A DNA stretch of 64,000 nucleotides, taken from Malacoraja senta. Lineage: Eukaryota. The notes under the pieces were generated by a model that saw only the letters and a list, made by a program, of their open reading frames with translations, did not search any database and was not told where the DNA came from. Positions 47,552 to 62,249 of the stretch are shown piece after piece (position 1 is the stretch's first letter; every line of letters begins with the position of its first letter). The stretch is taken from NCBI GenBank assembly GCA_038087875.1, contig CM075979.1:35402001-35466000 (forward strand), read 5' to 3'. Position numbers and translations under genes: made by a program.

Positions 47552-49305
47552 GTGTATGGAAATTTGTTCTTTATTTGTGCAATTTGACTCATATTGGGTG
47601 ATGAAATTACTTCTGAGGAAGAGAGCCTTACTCAACGAGATTACACAAATGGTCTCTAACTAGAAATGACAATGATATTATTAGCAGCACGTTTGTGATT
47701 CTAACCAGAATTTTTCCCACCATTTCATTTGTAGTAGTTCTGGCCAAAAACTGTCTTAGTAACTGATTACTTGAGCATTAGATATGTGGTAAATTTGAAG
47801 ATCATGTTATCTGTAAGAACATTCAGATTGTCTCGGCCTTTGCACCATCCCCAGAAAATGTTAGGTGTGGCATATCGCAGTAGATAAAGCATAATAGGGA
47901 TACACTTGATTTTCATAGTTTGCTGCTGGATATGCTTCTTATTGATTGCACTTAACCAAAAGCTGGGAAACATGGTCACTGAAGTGAGCACGATTTACTC
48001 ATTGTGCATTATTAATGCATTTAAATTGCTGGCTTCTGGCAGAACATTTGTTTTCTGCTGGCAGAAAGTGTTGCTGCTGCAAACCAAGTAGTAATTCAAC
48101 ACATTAACCTCTGAAATATTGAATGTATCTCAAGATGATATAGAAATTTTACTGGTAACACAAATTTTTTTCTGTCATGTGTTTATACATTTGTTCATTT
48201 TGTAGCCTCTTAGTCTGCATTTCTGAATCTCCATTTGTTAGAATGGACGTGAACTTGAACTACTCCACACCATCTTCTGATTCCAGACATTGCTGGGGGT
48301 GGGTAAAATTGTGAAATCCAACTTTCAATTGTACTTGACCCTTCTTTCTATAGTTAATCATCTGCGATGAAGTAGAAGCTCACTGATGTAAAGAGGTCAC
48401 AATGATTATTTGAAGTACGAAGCTGAACAGAAGAAAAATAAAGTTTTTTTTTTTTACTACTTGAGGATGATAACCCGTTTGTATTTGTTGTGGTAATTAA
48501 ATTAAAGGCTCATGAGCAAATGACAGACTTTGATTTGCACAAATAGATGCATCATTCTATTTACCTTCTATTTAGGTCAATAATAACTTGGTAAAATAAG
48601 TCATTTAATTCCACCTATACATACCATGGTTAGAGTAGAAATCAATAACTGGGAAAACATATCAAGGTGCTTAGCTTTAAAAAGAAGATAAAAAGTTAAT
48701 ATTGGTGAGAGGAAACAGTGGGAAACCCTCCTTAAAATTGGAATAGTCTGCTACAGGGAAGTTATTTTACCATATACATGCTCAAAATATTATAAAAAAT
48801 CACAAAGCTGATCATTATCTAAGCTGATTATTTTTTATGCATACTACTTAGTAAATGTGACTTACTTTGAACTTGCTTCCATAGGATCAGAAAACAAAGC
48901 TATTTAGCCCCTCAGTCTTAGGTGATCTGTGATCTAACTACTTGTACTATATGCATTTATATCCTGTAATGCATTTAGATAACAAATATCTTTACTCTTC
49001 TTTATCAAATTAGCAATTGACATTCAATAATGAAAATCTATTACACTTATATTTCAAATTAGCAATGACGAGATAAACATTCATTTTTAGAAGGAAGTTC
49101 CAAATTTCTAGTATGTATTGGATGTATTTTTGAACATCAATCCTGAACAATGGGATTTAATATACTTGACACCCTATTTAATGGTTGTAATTTCTCTCAA
49201 TCAGTTTCCCCTAAATTTTGAAAATAAAGCAAATCAAATCCCTCAATGTTTAAATTCAGACATTTTCTACTATGTCGAGGTAATACTTGCAAAATTTATG
49301 CTTTA

Positions 49306-49799
49306 AGGGGCTGTCCCACTTGGGCGACCTAATCCGTGAGTTCTGGCGAGTTTGCCAACGACTCATACTCGCAGCATGGTCGACACGAGGTCAAAGGAGG
49401 TTTTCGGAACTCTCCTTCATGCTCGAGAGTGGTCTCCGCGTACTCGAGGCCTCAGCTAGGTCGCGGCGTTTTTTTCAATATGTTAAAAAATACTCGCGAG
49501 TAAAAAAACCGCCTTGGAAAAATTCGATACTTTTTTTACTTGTTGGTTTAGTCGTAGTAGGTCATAGTAGGTCGGCATGTTAGTCGTAGGTAATCGAGGG
49601 TAGTCGAAGGTAATCGTAGATAGTCTTCATCATAGTCGAAGGGGATCGAAGGAGGTCGTCTTCACTCTCCACTATTCGGTGTACAATTTTCACGAAGTTA
49701 GTCGTAGCTAGTCGAAGCTGGTCTTCAACATAGTCGAAGGAGGTCATTGTTTCAAACTCTTCTAAACTCGCGAATTAGGACGCCCGTGGGACAGCCCCT
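49306..49799. mobile_element. PIF/Harbinger-type MITE, copy 2 (opposite orientation to copy 1)
   Basis: TTA|aggggctgtcccac ... gtgggacagcccct|TTA; internal tagtcgaagg repeats. Confidence 0.9.
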
Positions 49800-52700
49800 T
49801 TAGAATTCAGTTGTTTTTCTGGTGAGTCTACATTGTACCCCCTGCAAGCCAGTATGTCTTTATGATGTCCAAATTTGAATACAGCACTCTAACCAGGGCT
49901 ATGTAATAGGTACAACATGGTTCCTTATTCTTCTCATTTAGTTGCACCAATGTTAGTCAGCTCTTCTGGTTATTTTCTGTGTGTCCCTGATGTTTTAATA
50001 ATCTCTGCATTAAGATTTCCAACTCACTTTGGACAATTACAGTCTTGAGTTTTTCACTATTTAGCAAGTATACTGGTTATCCTGTTTAGGATCCAATTGT
50101 GTGACCTTTTGAAATCCATTTAAACATTATTTTTTCTGTTCACAACATATTAATATCTCTTTAAAATGCTGCTTGGTTCTGCTCATTAACAAAATTGGAT
50201 ATGTGGTTGACTTCATCTAAGCCCTTCATATTGCAAGTAGTTGAGGCCCCAACATTTATCCCTATGGGACACCACTAATCATATCATGCCAATTTAAGTA
50301 CTTGTCCACGATCTTTCTACTCCTCGCTGCTTGCCGAATTATCTAACTGGATCAATAATCTGCCTTCTTTTCCATGGGCTTATCAAAGAAGATACAACTG
50401 CATTTATAAAAACATTAGTTTTATCCATAATTAGTGTAATTGAATGTGAAATTTAACAACCGATAAAATTCAGCAAGAATATCCAGCAATCTAACTCCCG
50501 GTTTGGTCTACTTCTGTTGATTTATGTCATCTTAACAAGCGGTATGCTGAAATAAATTAAATTGGTTTAATTTCCCCAGATTAAAGAAGGCAACATTTTC
50601 TAGGACTTCTCTTTATTGTCTTCCAATGGCATGTGCGAGAAGAATGTTTGTAGGAAATGCTTCAAATATGAATAATGGTCTCTATAAAATGTGAGCACGA
50701 CGGATGGTATATTCATTGCAAGTAATTGGTGTCTGCAGGTGAGTAGGGGGGAAATGGTGAGGCACGTTCTGTATAACAAAAATCTTGAGTAAAAGAGATG
50801 CTTTTCACTGTAGTAGCAGAAAGATAGAGCAAATTGACACAATAAATTAAATTATTGATGTTATTCAGAACTGGAACCAAAATTGGAATATATTTCTTTT
50901 TCAGAACTGGAATCTAAACTAGAATATTTCTTTTTTGTATGCCAATGTTTTTATTTTTTTAATGCCAAATATTGCTTAAGAATGTCATAAATACTATGGA
51001 TTGAATATTCTATGATATTTTGTGAAAAAATGTAGATGATAGATTATGTTTTAATGCTTAAACTGGCTGTGAATTCATTTATCTATAAAAGTATATTTAA
51101 ACTGAGTCTAAGTGCCTAGATTTGGCTCAGTTTAATCGAACATCTCAATTGAGCTTGTATTCCAGTTCCATTTATTGGAGAACATCATAAGGATAACACA
51201 TTCATCAAGAAAATTATCATTAATTTCCCAAAAAAATATTGGAACATTTAACAATTTAAATTTCTCTTTATGCCATTAGCACATCTGAATCACTTAGCCC
51301 ACAATCTAAATGAATGATTTAGCTGTTTGTTATATTGAGAAACTGATGTTGCAGCTATGAATCCGATCAGTTGTAGAAATGTTGTGTGGTGAACTCCTAA
51401 TGCATTGTCTTGGTCAACAAGTAACACCCACTTTAAGAGGATGCAAAAAAAAATATCTAGTTTTGTGGTTTTATATTATAAATGATAGGGATTTTTTTTC
51501 TGCATATTTCTGATTTTCTGCACAATTTTCCCTGGATGCCTCCAATTATGGTTCCTAAATGTTATTACAAATTAAAGTTTCAATAAAGCTCTAGTTCAAA
51601 TTTCAACAATATTCCACCAAATATGAAGGAATTTTATTCCTGGATTTTTTATTATCTCAGGAGTGACAGTTATGGCTCTTGGTTCCGAATGAATATTGAA
51701 AGCATTTACAAGATGTTTTTATGAAGTAGGTTCTCATTTGATTGTGTAACAGGAAAAGGTCAGGTGGAATTGGAATATTTTTCAGCATTTGTAAGACTTT
51801 TATATCTGTCTGAATGTTTTCCAAGCAACCTGTTGTGTATGTGACAATTCAGATATTAGTAATTTCACAAAGCTTCATTGAATATTTCAGTAGATATGTT
51901 CATATTTTAGAGAAAATCTAAAATTCCCTTTGTTGCTCATATTATCAAGACAAAAATATTTTGTATGGAAATGGAAATTGAAGGAAAAGTATAGAACAAA
52001 CCAAATATAGAATAAAGCACTGTATTAGTCAAGAAATATGGTCTAAAAACAATACATTTTCTAAAACTAAAATCTAAATTTAGCTACAGTGATATAACAT
52101 CTCAATTTCCTGAACTACAAGTTTACTTCAGGACTGTGCTTTCTTATGCTAAAAATAATTGAATTTTCCAGATAATTTGAATTAAACTACCATAAAAAAT
52201 GTTGAGTGAGATGGTTGGCAATGGCAAATTATGGGCCACGGACTTTAAGCCATTAGATTTTTGGATTGATATTGGCTAAGCTCATTTAGTACACTTATGT
52301 CCAACAGAGAGATTTTTATGTCATTTATTTAATGAGAGAAAAATCTCTCTTGTGGACATAAGTGACCGTATTCAGTCTTGTATATGAAGTGAAATTATAG
52401 TACAATAACCAACTGTAAATAAGAAGAGCTACATTTGAATTAAGCAGCATTTGTTGCTCTATGTTCAAATACCGCTACCCGTGGAATACTCAAACAGTTC
52501 CACGGAATATATTTTAAGTTGGAACTATTTACAATATGAAAGGACTGATTCTATATGAATGTATCTTTTCATTGAGAAGAATTAAGAATAATTAAAAGGC
52601 ATACGCAAGCTGAAATTCTGAAATCAGAACAGAAAGTACGATCATTTATAAGTCAACGCCTAAGTTTTTAGATGGAGCATGTTAGAACCTTTCTGAAGAA

Positions 52701-54187
52701 TCTCTCAATTTGAAATGTAATTGATATTTCTCTTATGTATCAATTTATGTGTTTTTATGATAAACCTAGAGTAGTCTGCCTGATTTCTGACGCATTATTG
52801 TAAATCTTATGCTAGAATTAACCAGGATAATAACTGCTTTTGATCCATAGAATTTCTGGCAATGAAACATTCAAGCCACTGTTACTTCTCAAAAATTTCT
52901 GAAGAAATCATTAGTACATGGCTTATGAGTCATAAATGATAATAGAATTAAGCTACAGCAACGAACTCAAAATAAATTCAGTAAACAATATCAAATAGTT
53001 AGGTCAGTTTAAGACTTCAAGTTTTTAATTTTTAAATCGCCATTTACTTTTAGTACTGCACAAATTGGAGAACATTGTGGCATTTTGCTGTGATCTGTAG
53101 TGTTCCACATGTGGGATTATTGCGGTAACCTCATTTATTGCAGATATTTATATTTCAACCTCAAGCTCTCTGGTATACCTCATAATCTCCACATTGCAGC
53201 ATCCATTTTCCTCTTAAATTATTTTTCGGGGTTTTCAGCATTTTGTCTGGCAGTACACTTGATCCTCTTGGTCCCCATTGTAAACTTTATTCCCCAGCTG
53301 CTAACTTCATAGTTTCTTCCTGACCTAAACTGAATCAGCAAGTTTATATTTTGTTATCTTGTTGACCACAGGTTTCCACCCTAATCATCTTTGTCACCAA
53401 ACCTTTCTCCCCCTCATCAACACTGCAATTCTTTGCACCTTTCCAATTCATCTGTTGCTATTCTTTTGTTGCCTCTGGGTTCACTCATTCAGCCTGGCAT
53501 CTCACTTTTGTAAGTGTACTCAGCCAAGCACAAGTAAAGGAGACCTTCACCAATTTCCACATCAATAATACTGTGTTAGCAGAAGGTACCAGAGAACCAA
53601 TTGTATGGGTTCCTACCTATTTCCTCCCCCTGCCTGATACCTAGAGTCAGTTTAAAAGCCAACAATAAAAATTGAATCACATGGAGAATCAAATCAGCAA
53701 CTTGCTCCATAAAGTAAATTAATGCTTAAGCGCACTGCAGCATTTTAACCTTGTAACATTATTATAAATTTAAAATACCTACTTATGAGTTCCCTGATTA
53801 AATGCATTACAATTCTTTCAAAACTAAATCGTAAATTAATTGTTATAATTGCTGGAATGCTGAGTTTTGCAAAACAATATATTATGGGGAAAAATGCTAA
53901 AGCAACAATGAAACCAGAGTCACAAATGTACTGGACCTGGCTTATTTTGATTTCAGAGAGAATGGTATAATTGAACCATGTCCAGGTATACAAAGCTAAA
54001 TCTAATGCTATTGTCTTTGAATCTGAACAGTATAAAACAACTTCAGATGATGCTGACTGCACACCTCATACCCTTAAAGCAGGAATCAAAGAAGAACTGT
54101 TAAGACTTCATTATTTGTCATCCTGATTGAAATTGCTCTTGTGTAATGTATGGTGAACTGTTATCCTTCACTATTCCATTGAAAGAG

Positions 54188-56583
54188 ATACATAGATACA
54201 TAGAAAATAGGTGCAGGAGTAGGCCATTCGGCCCTTCGAGCCTGCACCGCCATTCAATATGATCATGGCTGATCATCCAACTCAGTATCCCGTACTGAGT
54301 TGGATGATCTCCATACCTCCTGATCCCTTTAGCCACAAGGGCCACATCTAACTCCCTCTTCAATATAGCCAATGAACTGGCCTCAACTACCCTCTGTGGC
54401 AGAGAGTTCCAGAGATTCACCACTCTCTGTGTGAAAAAGTGTTTTCTCATCTCGGTCTTAAAGGATTTCCCCCTTATCCTTAAGCTGTGACCCCTTGTCC
54501 TGGACTTCCCCAACATCGGGAACAATCTTCCTGCATCTAGCCTGTCCAACCCCATAAGAATTTTGTACGTTTCTATAAGATCCCCTCTCAATCTCCTAAA
54601 TTCTAGCGAGTATAAGCCAAGTCTATCCAGTCTTTCTTCATATGAAAGTCCTGACATCCCAGGAATCAGTCTGGTGAACCTTCTCTGCACTCCCTCTATG
54701 GCTATAATGTCCTTCCTCAGATTTGGAGTCCAAAACTGTACGCAATACTCAAGGTGTGGTCTCACCAAGACCCTGTACAACTGCAGTAGAACCTCCCTGC
54801 TCCTATACTCAAATCCTTTTGCTATGAAAGCTAACATACCATTCGCTTTCTTCACTGCCTGCTGCACCTGCATGCCTACTTTCAATGACTGGTGTACCAT
54901 GACACCCAGGTCTCGCTGCATCTCCCCTTTTCCTAATCGGCCACCATTTAGATAATAGTCTGCTTTCCTGTTTTTGCCACCAAAGTGGATAACCTCACAT
55001 TTATCAACATTATACTGCATCTGCCAAACATTTGCCCACTCACCCAGCCTATCCAAGTCTCCTAGCATCCTCCTCACAGCTAACACTGCCCCCCAGCTTA
55101 GTGTCATCCGCAAACTTGGAGATGTTGCCTTCAATTCCCTCATCCAGATCATTAATATAAATTGTAAATAGCTGGGGTCCCAGCACTGAGCCTTGCGGTA
55201 CCCCACTAGTCACTGCCTGCCATTGTGAAAAGGACCCGTTTACTCCTACTCTTTGCTTCCTGTTTGCCAGCCAGTTCTCTATCCACATCAATACTGAACC
55301 CCCAATACCGTGTGCTTTAAGTTTGTATACTAATCTCTTATGTGGGACCTTGTCAAAAGCCTTCTGAAAGTCCAGATACAATACATCCACTGGTTCTCCC
55401 CTATCCACTCTACTAGTTACATCCTCGAAAAATTCTATAAGATTCGTCAGACATGATTTACCTTTCGTAAATCCATGCTGACTTTGTCCAATGATTTCAC
55501 CACTTTCCAAATGTGCTGCTAACCCATCTTTAATAACTGACTCTAGCAGTTTCCCCACTACCGATGTTAGACTAACTGGCCTGTAATTCCCCGTTTTCTC
55601 TCTCCCTCCCTTCTTAAAAATTGGGGTTACGTTTGCTACCCTCCGATCCTCACGCACTACTCCAGAATCTAAAGAGTTTTGAAAAATTACCACTAATGCA
55701 TCCACTATTCCTGGAGCTACTTCCTTAAGTACTCTGGGATGCAGCCTATCTGGCCCTGGTGATTTATCGGCCTTTAATCCATTCAATTTACCCAACACCA
55801 CTTCCCGACTAACCTGGATTTCACTCAGTTCCTCCATCTCCTTTGACCCGCGGCCCCCTGCTATTTCCGGCAGATTATTTATGTCTTCCTTAGTGAAGAC
55901 GGAACCAAAGTAGTTATTCAATTGGTCCGCCATATCCTTGTTCCCCATGATCAATTCACCTGTTTCTGACTGCAAGGGACCTACATTTGTTTTAACTAAT
56001 CTCTTTCTCTTCACATATCTATAAAAACTTTTGCAGTCAGTTTTTATGTTCCCTGCCAGTTTTCTTTCATAATCTATTTTCCCTTTCCTAATTAAGCCCT
56101 TTGTCCTCCTCTGCTGGTCTCTGAATTTTCCCAGTCCTCTGGTATGCTGCTTTTTCTGGCTAATTTGTACGCATCATCTTTTGCTTTGATACTATCCCTG
56201 ATTTCCTTTGTTATCCACGGATGCACTACCTTCCCTGATTTATTCTTTTGCCAAACTGGGATGAACAATTTTTGTAGTTCATCCATGCAGTCTTTAAATG
56301 CCTTCCATTGCATATCCACCGTCAACCCTTTTAGAACTAATTGCCAGTCAATCTTGGCCAATTCACGTCTCATACCCTCAAAGTTACCTTTCTTTAAGTT
56401 CAGAACCGTTGTTTCTAAATTAACAATGTCACTCTCCATCCTAATGAAGAACTCAACCATATTATGGTCACTCTTGCCCAAGGAGGCACGCACAACAAGA
56501 CTGCTAACTAACCCTTCCTCATTACTCAATACCCAGTCTAGAATAGCCTGCTCTCTCGTTGGTTCCTCTACATGTTGGTTTAG
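54188..56583 (-). mobile_element. Young 5'-truncated CR1 LINE, ORF2 in three frames
   Basis: [55 protein letters not shown]; (CATAGATA)n tail. Confidence 0.96.
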
Positions 56584-58099
56584 ATAGATCTGAAACAATA
56601 ATTTAGATAGATAGATCTGAAACAATAATTCTGCTCTCCCTCTGTAGACGAACTTTGACCTGCTGAGTACAGCATTTTATTTTTACCTCTTGATCTTTAC
56701 TAGACGGGGTTGTTCTGCTCTCTCCTTTTTGTGTCAGGCCTTTAAAGAGACCATTTTTTTCCTCGCCTTATGAGTCCCTATAAACTTTTTTTTTGCTTTC
56801 CATTAATTTGTGCATTTTGGCAGGTCCGTTTTTATTGATTTATTTATTGAATTGGCTTTTTTTTAATCAACATGTGTACAGCATCTCAAAAGACATCACA
56901 AAAGTCGAGATGCTGCACAATTAATGAAATCTTGGAAGATGGAAACAGTGGAAGGGAGAGAAAGACTAAAGGTATCTTAAAGATAGATTTTTGAGTAGAG
57001 CAATATTATTCAGAGATTGTATTGTGTTAAAGGTCCTACTCTATTATTATGTTAATTAATAGTTAAGGGAACTTTTGTCACCAAAAAATACAATACCCCA
57101 TTCTCTATGCCAGCGAAGTATGTATCTCACTTGTAATTCTTTGTGAAATATAAAAATAGATCAGTTTTATAAATCAGTAATTTAATGTGGAGCAGACACC
57201 ACTGAGAGAAAATGGGGAAGATAAAAATCCAACCTATGGAATTTGTTTGTTGATAACTGCAAACAATTATTTTTCTGAAATTTCAATGAAAATTCTCATA
57301 CCTCATCAATTCAGTTCCCCCTCTCCCACACCCTCTCCTACCAATGGGTTGACAGGTGCTTTTGTGATCAGCAATTGCCAGAGGAAAAGCAATTCTCAAA
57401 ATTGTATCTTTGACAAGTCACAGATAAAAGACAAGTTTAACATTCAAGAACCATTATAATTTTCATTGAGATAAATAAATCTATCCCTGTTGTTTTCATT
57501 GCTGTTTACCGTGTTTTGCACATATGTTGTAGGTTTATGATTTTATTTTTGCTCAACATATTTGCTTGGGTTTTATTGTTACACTGGTGATAAATTAAAA
57601 TGAATAATTAAAGATGATGTACTTGGTTTTAATTATTTCGTTGTTTAATTTAGAATTTGCTCCTCAGTGTATCCTGTCATTACTCATACATAAGTCTTGG
57701 AATTGTGATCTAGTTGGGGGGAGGAGGGTTGTGGGGGATGCTGTGGAAGGATTGAATGTTTTTGCTTTATCCTATGCTTTTTGAAGAATAGAAAATTGTG
57801 AAATCGCATTTGATAATAAGAAAATGAAGAATTAAATAAAAAGGTAAGCAATCTGCTGCAATAGGTGAATCATTGTGAACATGTGAATAAAGGGAATGTT
57901 ATTGATTCCACTTCAGATTCTGTCAAACACCCTGGGAATACCAAAGTGGTGTATAAAGGTATTTTATACATTTCGAATCGAATACATGTTTGTTGAACCT
58001 TTAGTGTCAGTTGTGACAGCAGTATTTTTGAAGATTGTGTGTTCAATTTCCATTCAATTGACTTGAGCACAACAATGTAAGATGACAATCCAATCCAAT

Positions 58100-58370
58100 A
58101 CTGTTGGCATGCCACTGCAGTACCTTTAGACACAATGCTGCAATGACTCGTGTGCTTGTGAGTGATCATAGGACAAGAGTGTTACCTCAGGTGTCTTGGT
58201 CCATAGTATCTCTGAATCAATGTCACTAAATAAAAGCAGATTAATTTGTCTACGTAACATTTCTGATTGTCAGAGCTTGCCAGGAGCAATTTGACTTTTA
58301 TATTACAAAAGTGAGTTTGCTCTGGAAAGTATTTAATTTACTATAAAGTGCTTATGAAGTTCTGATGTTA
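58100..58370 (+). mobile_element. Ancient Deu-domain SINE (SacSINE1/AmnSINE1-like) remnant
   Basis: Degenerate resemblance to the recalled Deu consensus (ggtgtcttggtcca..cactaaa..agcagatta..attacaaaagtga..aaagtatttaatt..taaagtgctt). Confidence 0.45.
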
Positions 58371-61300
58371 ATCAAAATTGTCTTTGTTATATCCCTGTTC
58401 TCTGATTTATTATGATTTCAGCAATAAAATGGGCACAAAAGGCAATGTAAATTCTAAGGTTAGGAAGGCTGAGAAATTGACCATAATGTTACACATTTGC
58501 TAGCGTGTTATTTTTGAGTTCCACCATTTAAGTAAAAAGTGCATTTGTTACAAACTAGAGCAAGTGTTCCAAATAATTTTTAGTTTTGTACATAATTTGA
58601 CATATCACAATAGCACAAAAAAGATCTAAACGTTTTATGATTTAAACGTTTTGTGATTCATGGCAATGCAAATTGCAGTTCTTTTAAAAAGACATTTGAT
58701 TGTGCATAACTAATTTTATGAAGCACTTCAATTGTATATTTTGGTTTTATTTTCTGGTGATGATGTCAGGCATGAGGGAAGCTTCCCCGTCTTATGAATA
58801 CTTAATTTTTCATATATTCAAATGATTGGAATACTAATGTTTCATTTTTTCTCAAATTTGTCGTGTGATATATCGACATTAGATATGAATGCTGAATGTC
58901 CTGATCTTTTAGTGCACAAATAGCAAGAAGAGTTACTACTGTTATAGCCGTGGTATGTTGATGCTGTTGCACGTTTGAATTAGAGAATGTTACTTGATGA
59001 TGTGCTGGTATAATTGGTTTACTTGATTTAACTTTTGGTTACAGTAATGTCAACTGTACTATTGAATCAATCTAAACAATTCTTTTGCTTTTCAAAAATA
59101 TATATTTAGCCTTTACTGCTAAAACAGTAATAACTGTCTCATTTTAGGTAAGCTTCTTAATCACTCCAGTAATCGAAAGAAATTCTGTAGCTGCAAAATG
59201 AGAGTAAACCCACAATTGAGACAGCAATCAAACGAGCTCCACATCTTATTAATATACTAACTATTATTTTGTATACATACCCACCATGTCTGTGCTGAAT
59301 CTTCTTAACAGATTAAAACAGCACAAGGTACTTCACAGGAATGTAAGTCCGTGAAGATTTTACAGTCGGTCCTGTTAAGAGGCATGCATAGTAATTTAAA
59401 TGTACTGGTTTTTGAGGCGACACATGCAATTGATAAATATTATGAGGCAAATGTGTGCAAACATGCGTAATCTAATATTTTTACGTGACTGTTGGGGCTA
59501 GCTCTTCCTTGTGGACATCCTCTTTCCAGTCAGCAGAAACAGTGTTTTTAAAAGGATTTGTTGATGCTTTGTGTAGGTTTCTTTGGAGTCATAGTCCCCT
59601 TGAGTTTACACTGAGAAGTTCATCTAATGTTTTGCGCCAGTGGTTACTCTACTGCCCAGTAGGATCACATGGTATTCTGTTTCATTGCTGTTTCAGCAAT
59701 CTTGATACATCCAAATTATTTGTACAAATCTAATCCAATTATAAAAGATTGTGTTTAGCGGCTATATTCTTGAACCACTGATAAGGGAGATAATTATCAT
59801 ATATTCATCATTTATGGTTAGAATAAGCATCTTCCAAATCTTTCACAAATATATTGTCGTACCATTTTCTTTAAAAGAAAGCCAGTCAAATTAACACCAA
59901 TTTTAATTTATCTTCTATTTATATGAAATTGGACATTTAGCGATCTATAGAAATCTTTAAGTTGTCGGAGATGCAATGCTCATCCAAAATGCCTTTAGAC
60001 TTATTCAAAAATATCGAGTGAAATAAAGTAGCTTTATTTTTCTCATGCGTACAGGCAAGATTTACTATAACATTATTAAGGCTCATGTATTCCGATTTTA
60101 AATCCTTTACAACAGTGCAAAGACTTGTAGAATGACTTGTAATACTTTTTCTTTCAGTAGAAAATTGTAGTCTGTGCGTGTTTCATTGGTTGATGTTATC
60201 ATTTTCTTATACTACTCATAGTGAAACTATTAAACTTTTTCACATAACTAGATTTTTAAAACAGTTTAGATTAGCAACTGTGCTTTGCTTCCTTAGTTGG
60301 CTTCCTGACATCAGCTATCTCTAGCTTCCCATAATATTTTAATCCCGTTTAGGTGCTGTGTTTTTTGAATTGGTATGATCATTATATGGAGGTTGCTTTA
60401 CCTTTTGTATCTCTTCCACTTACCATTTCCATCACACACACAAGGGAGAAAATAATCTTTGCACAAAGATGAATCAAGATCATAATCAATATATTACTAA
60501 ATTATTAGATGGAATGTATCCTGACCTAACACTGGTTCAGTCAGTACGGATATTAGAGATGTTTTCAACATGGCTTGTAGAGTTGATATGTTAAAGCGGA
60601 AGATATAACCAGGTGTTCATTAATTAAGAAATATAAGAATTTAGTGAGTCGACAAATGGTATCTGCCTCATGTATGTATGTTTTCTCTTAGATGTGTGAA
60701 TAATATGTCAATGTTAATAATTATACCATTCTTTTTTTGTATTTGCGCCTTAAACATAGGGGGTTTTAAGCTACACAACATAAAATTGAATATATTCTGA
60801 CACTAAATAAAATGATTTTGTGGTAGAAGGGTTTTAATAGATGGATGTGATTGTTTCTCTCCCTGTATGTACTTTTTGTATTTTACTATTTCATTGTACT
60901 GATCAAAATGCACAAAGGTACAAAACAGAAAAGTGACAAATCATATTCTCAGGGGTTGAGTGTTCAATTGCCATTAAAGTAAATACAGTTTATTTTCTAT
61001 TCATTATGGATTGTAGTAAACTAACATGTTCATTTTAGTTTTCTAAATCTCAGAGCATTAGTTTAATCTCCTGGTGTTAATGGTCAAGTGTATTTAGGAT
61101 TGGTAATAACCCAATAGTTGGGACACCTGTCAAAGGCACCATATAAATAATTGCATTGGGATATGTTTACTGTAGATTGTGTATGTAGCTAAAGTTGTTT
61201 TACTTTGTTGAGTTTTTTTTTAATGGATTTAATCTCCTAGCATTTTGCACTGTGGCAATAGAAAAAGGTTGCTTTGCTTGAAGTAATGGTTCGATGGAAC

Positions 61301-62249
61301 AATGATCGTCATAGAATTACTGAGGTCTCAATATCATCACCTGAATAGGTTTTAACACCTTCCACGCAATGTCATACTATTTTTAATTGGTTAGATTATT
61401 TAATTTATTTAAGTCTTCTCTAAACTGTAAAGATATGTGATGTCAGATAGACTCTGACCTTCAAAGTGGTTAAGAACTTCAAAATATTTCTCTGGGTTGG
61501 AATAATTTCAGAGTCGCAAAGATAAATACAATACTATATAACAAAAAGAAAATAACAATTTGCTCTGCCAATAATGTCCGAGATTTTCCTGTCCGATTTT
61601 TAACTTCAGGTGTGTGGAAGATGTGTGGTTAATCCCAACTGTCCAAAAATGGCCCTTTTTTGGAAATGGCGCCTTACTTTGTGGTTTATCATTGACTTGC
61701 ATCGAATGGCTTGAAGTTGCTATAATTTCCGTGAAAGTCAAGCATTCTTCATTCTAGTCTATGTACTTGTTTAATGACATAATATATGTTAATTACTGCC
61801 AGCCAACATTCCTGGTTCTAAATATTAATTATTCCCAGTGTACAGAAATAATTTTGTAGGTTTAAAAAAATATGATTTTAATGTTTTATATATCATTTCT
61901 ATTATCTCTCCTTTAATCCATGTCTTTTTCTCTCTTTAATTATGCTTAAATCCAATTTTAAGTTAAATTCTTCCGCTATAATTTGCAATTTCTTTTTGGT
62001 ACTTGCTCGGTTAAATGCAAAATCGTTCAGCTTGCTTGACACTCGCCGCAAGATTGTTGACTTGTGTTTTCAGTGACCTGCCGCTTAAGAAAAAATTTAA
62101 AGCTATTCAACAAGATCTAGTCTAATTGATAGTGGTTGGATTGATTCCATCCAACTACAAAATATGCTCCAATGTGATAGTGATTAGATTTAGGAAAAAA
62201 GAGGTTGAACTTTTAATTTCTAAACATCTTTTTCTTTTCATCATCCTAG

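Noticed and set aside
28624-49799. Idea that the BEN cassette was delivered as a composite Harbinger transposon
   Set aside because: Each MITE is complete with its own TIR pair and TSD, and they look much younger than the intron-containing BEN exons.
61508-61741. Minus-strand 77-aa ORF near the terminal exon
   Set aside because: No recognisable motif in any frame I examined.
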